NCBI GenBank assembly: GCA_046329865.1 | Contig: JAXLTW010000001.1 | Coordinates: 129,494 to 193,493 of the forward strand | Direction: 5' to 3' | Length of the DNA stretch: 64,000 nucleotides | DNA from: Chitinophagales bacterium | Lineage (GTDB): Bacteria > Bacteroidota > Bacteroidia > Chitinophagales > JADIYW01 | Shown: positions 61,333 through 64,000 of the stretch, in pieces | Layout: the number at the start of each line of letters is the position of its first letter | Position numbering within the stretch: position 1 is the first letter of the stretch | Made by a program: the position numbers and the translations under genes | The notes under the pieces: model-generated | What the model was told of the DNA's origin: nothing | Seen by the model: only the letters and a program-made list of their open reading frames with translations | The model's database searches: none

Positions 61333-63393
61333 ATGGCAAAAAATAGTCAAAAAGGAAAGCCGCATCCCAAAACCCCGGCGAAGAAAGCAATATCAACTAC
61401 CACAGGAACCAGGACAGGTAAAACAACAACCCCTGCTGACTACACGCAATGGGTGGTTGCAGCCTGTGTATTATTGATTACGCTTATCCTGTTTCTGCCA
61501 ACCCTTTCCCTGAAATTCGTCAACTGGGATGACCCGCAAAATATACTGGAAAACGAAGCACTTAAAATATTTGCTTATCAGTGGGACTGGAAAGCCGTTA
61601 AAACCATTTTTACCACCGACGTCATCGGTAACTACAACCCGCTGCCTATTTTTACGTTTGCTATAGAAAAATATTTCTTCGCACACGACCCTGCACAGAA
61701 CCCATTTATCTTCCACTTCAATAATTTATGGATGCATTTAGTATGTACCCTGCTGGTATATATCCTTTTCCTCCAGTTAGAAATTGGGCTAATCCCTGCT
61801 GCTCTTGCGGCGCTGCTCTTTGGCATACATCCCATGCGTGTCGAATCGGTAGCATGGATCACCGAACGAAAAGATGTATTGTACAGTATGTTCTTTCTCG
61901 GTGCACTTTGTGCATATCTCCGATATCTAAAATCAACAACAGGCAAAACCAAATGGTATATCCTCGCAATTGTACTGTCGATTATCTCGTTGTTTGCAAA
62001 AGTTCAGGCAGTCACCCTGCCGCTTACCATGGTAGCTCTGGATTTTTATTTAAACCGACGTTGGCTGTCACTAAAGATATTGATTGTCGAAAAACTGCCG
62101 TGGTGGATTTTGTCGCTAGCCTTTGGTCTTATTAATATTTATTTCCTGAAAGGAGAGAAATCACTAAATTTTGAAAACGCCACTATCAATTACACCCTCA
62201 TTGACCGGCTGGCAGTGGGCGCTTATTCTTATGCCGTATATATTATCAAGTGGCTGATTCCGTTCCAGCTTTCTCCGCTCTATCCATACCCACCCAAACT
62301 ACCGGTAATGGCGTATGTTTGTCTTGGCATCGTTCCGATAGCATTAATCGGATTTCTGGTATGGGCGTTCAAAAAGAAACAAACCAATCTTCTGTTCGGA
62401 TGGGCATTCTTTACATTCAACGTGATGTTTCTGCTTCAGATTGTAGGGGCCGGACAGGGTTTCCTTGCAGACCGGTTTACCTATATTGCTTATATCGGTT
62501 TATTTTTTATTTTCATTAAAGGGTATGAATGGGCGATAGTGCAACGGCCTGCGTTTAAACTATATATCCAAGGTGCCGTTGTGTTGTATTGCGTCTTTTT
62601 AGCCGTCATTTGTTATCGTCAGATCAGTGTCTGGCAAAACGGCGGTACCCTGTGGGAGCATGTCAAGAAAATCTATCCGAACAGTCCGCTGGCATGGAAA
62701 CAGGCAGCGGTATATTACCGCGATGAAGAAAAGAACTTTGATAAATCCGTTCTCAATTTCAATGAAGCCATCCGTCTGCAACCGACAGATGCCTATGTCT
62801 ACAACGGATTAGCCAAAGTATATCTAGATAAGGTAAATGCCACCTCAGCACAGGATGCCACTCTCGGTAATCAGCGCAATGAACTGCTTCAATTGGCTCT
62901 GCAAAGTTATCTGACCGCCATCAAAAATGACTCCATTGCAGGACAAAAGGATAAAAAGATAACCGGTGAAATGATTGTGAACCTCGGTGTTGCTTATGCA
63001 ATGGCAGGCAATCTGGAAAAAGCACAATACTATCTCACCAAAGGATTGGAGGCATACCCTGAAAATGCAAACGGGTACCTCAACAGAGGCTTGATTTATT
63101 ATATGACCGGTCAGTATGAATTGTGTCTGAAAGAACATATTTCCTATTTTCGATTGAATCCATATAATGCAGATGTTTATCACGAAGAAGGTTTGTGCAA
63201 TATCGCATTAGGCAGATACCAGGAGGCCTTAAAGGCATTCGATAAAGCCATTTCCTTAAAGAACACACAGCCGATGTATTATATTGGAAGAGCGAATGCA
63301 TACCGCAACCTGGGCAACAAAGATGCAGCACTCCGCGATGCGAGGCAGGCGCAGCAGATGGGAGCACAGGTACCTCCTGAATATTTACAGTAA
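61333..63393 (+). CDS. TMTC-like GT-C membrane protein with a C-terminal TPR domain (putative protein O-glycosyl/mannosyltransferase)
   Basis: 686 aa with about 10 TM segments. Carries the conserved HPMRVESVAWITERKDVLY loop, then ~250 aa of TPR repeats. Confidence 0.65.
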   Translation: MAKNSQKGKPHPKTPAKKAISTTTGTRTGKTTTPADYTQWVVAACVLLITLILFLPTLSLKFVNWDDPQNILENEALKIFAYQWDWKAVKTIFTTDVIGNYNPLPIFTFAIEKYFFAHDPAQNPFIFHFNNLWMHLVCTLLVYILFLQLEIGLIPAALAALLFGIHPMRVESVAWITERKDVLYSMFFLGALCAYLRYLKSTTGKTKWYILAIVLSIISLFAKVQAVTLPLTMVALDFYLNRRWLSLKILIVEKLPWWILSLAFGLINIYFLKGEKSLNFENATINYTLIDRLAVGAYSYAVYIIKWLIPFQLSPLYPYPPKLPVMAYVCLGIVPIALIGFLVWAFKKKQTNLLFGWAFFTFNVMFLLQIVGAGQGFLADRFTYIAYIGLFFIFIKGYEWAIVQRPAFKLYIQGAVVLYCVFLAVICYRQISVWQNGGTLWEHVKKIYPNSPLAWKQAAVYYRDEEKNFDKSVLNFNEAIRLQPTDAYVYNGLAKVYLDKVNATSAQDATLGNQRNELLQLALQSYLTAIKNDSIAGQKDKKITGEMIVNLGVAYAMAGNLEKAQYYLTKGLEAYPENANGYLNRGLIYYMTGQYELCLKEHISYFRLNPYNADVYHEEGLCNIALGRYQEALKAFDKAISLKNTQPMYYIGRANAYRNLGNKDAALRDARQAQQMGAQVPPEYLQ

Positions 63394-63405
63394 ACCACGA
63401 TTCAT

Positions 63406-64000
63406 ATGTTGAAGATTGCTGATTTCAAACTGCTGAATTTTAAACTACACAGCGAAACCCCGCTGATATATCCTCCCAGACTCACTCCTTTGGTTGCGGA
63501 CCCCACCGTGCTGACACCTGCTGAATCTCCGGATAAAAAATGGCACTTGTTCGCACACACCATTTATGGCATCTATCAATATGAGTCTGATAATGGCGTC
63601 CAATGGGAACGGCATAAAAGAAGAATCGTCCGCGCCGCGCTTCGCCCCTTTATCTTTAAAGAAATGGATACGTATTATCTGTTTTATGAAAAATATACCG
63701 GATTAAAACTGCTCTTTGCCTTTTTACCCGGACAGCGCTGGTTTTCAAGAATTGAGATGGTAGCTTCGAAAGACCTGATCTATTGGTCTACGCCTGTCAA
63801 TATCATCCGCCCATCCCAGCCTTTTCATGAAGACAGTCAACTGGGACGCGCTGTTGGAAATCCATGCTTAGTAAAAATCAACGACACCTATCGTTTGTAT
63901 TTCTCTTGTTCCCTGGTCAGGGTGCCGGATTGCGGATTCAATGAACCCCTGCACATCACCTATGCAGAAAGCAAACAAATAGACAAGGGATACGATTACG
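63406..64000 (+). CDS. hypothetical protein, possibly a beta-propeller glycoside-hydrolase-like fold (5' partial; runs off the window)
   Basis: Open frame from ATG 63406 to the window end (198 codons, not in the ORF track). Segments such as DPTVLTP...WHLFAH and NPCLVKINDTYRLYFS resemble GH43/32-type propeller proteins, but I cannot verify this. Confidence 0.35.
   Translation, partial: MLKIADFKLLNFKLHSETPLIYPPRLTPLVADPTVLTPAESPDKKWHLFAHTIYGIYQYESDNGVQWERHKRRIVRAALRPFIFKEMDTYYLFYEKYTGLKLLFAFLPGQRWFSRIEMVASKDLIYWSTPVNIIRPSQPFHEDSQLGRAVGNPCLVKINDTYRLYFSCSLVRVPDCGFNEPLHITYAESKQIDKGYDY

Overview
This 64-kb window looks like a chromosomal segment of a Bacteroidota genome. The evidence is TAnnTTTG-type -7 boxes, almost no Shine-Dalgarno sequences, a PKD adhesin with a T9SS type-B C-terminal sorting domain, and DUF4175-, DUF4834- and DUF1015-type genes. 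I count about 58 protein-coding genes, mostly housekeeping. They cover: ybeY; deoD-deoC; nadB; carB; htpG; two mevalonate-pathway genes; an amidase; two paralogous acyl-CoA ligases; hsp20; a NifU-like gene; a sulfite reductase-cobA-sirC cluster; type II glutamine synthetase; an LpxH-like gene; TerC; an S41 peptidase; a transsulfuration PLP enzyme; PrsW; and two GT-C-type membrane glycosyltransferases. I saw no rRNA, tRNA, CRISPR array, transposase, integrase or reverse transcriptase. The strongest finding is two unannotated short ORFs with runs of cysteine codons (MKLVVSLFNCCCANPQ and MNRKKNTKCCCTC). Each sits just downstream of a -7-like box and just upstream of an intrinsic terminator whose 5' arm can pair alternatively with sequence next to the sORF stop codon. 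One lies in the leader of the sulfite reductase operon and the other in the leader of the Cys/Met-metabolism PLP enzyme. This architecture fits cysteine-sensing leader-peptide attenuation. Other points: (1) an AT-rich left end (1-2600) carries a di-iron oxidase pair and a MazEF-type toxin-antitoxin cassette bracketed by 107-bp hairpin-rich direct repeats; (2) three genes are disrupted: a G10-tract frameshift, a +1 frameshift in htpG, and a TTA->TAA nonsense codon in sirC; (3) there are several dispersed palindromic repeat families and heptanucleotide microsatellites; (4) twin 26-bp palindromic operator candidates sit between an acyl-CoA ligase and an outer-membrane protein gene; (5) hsp20 has an unusually strong Shine-Dalgarno sequence. 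All functional calls rest on motifs I recognise by eye in the translations. No database search or folding computation was run.
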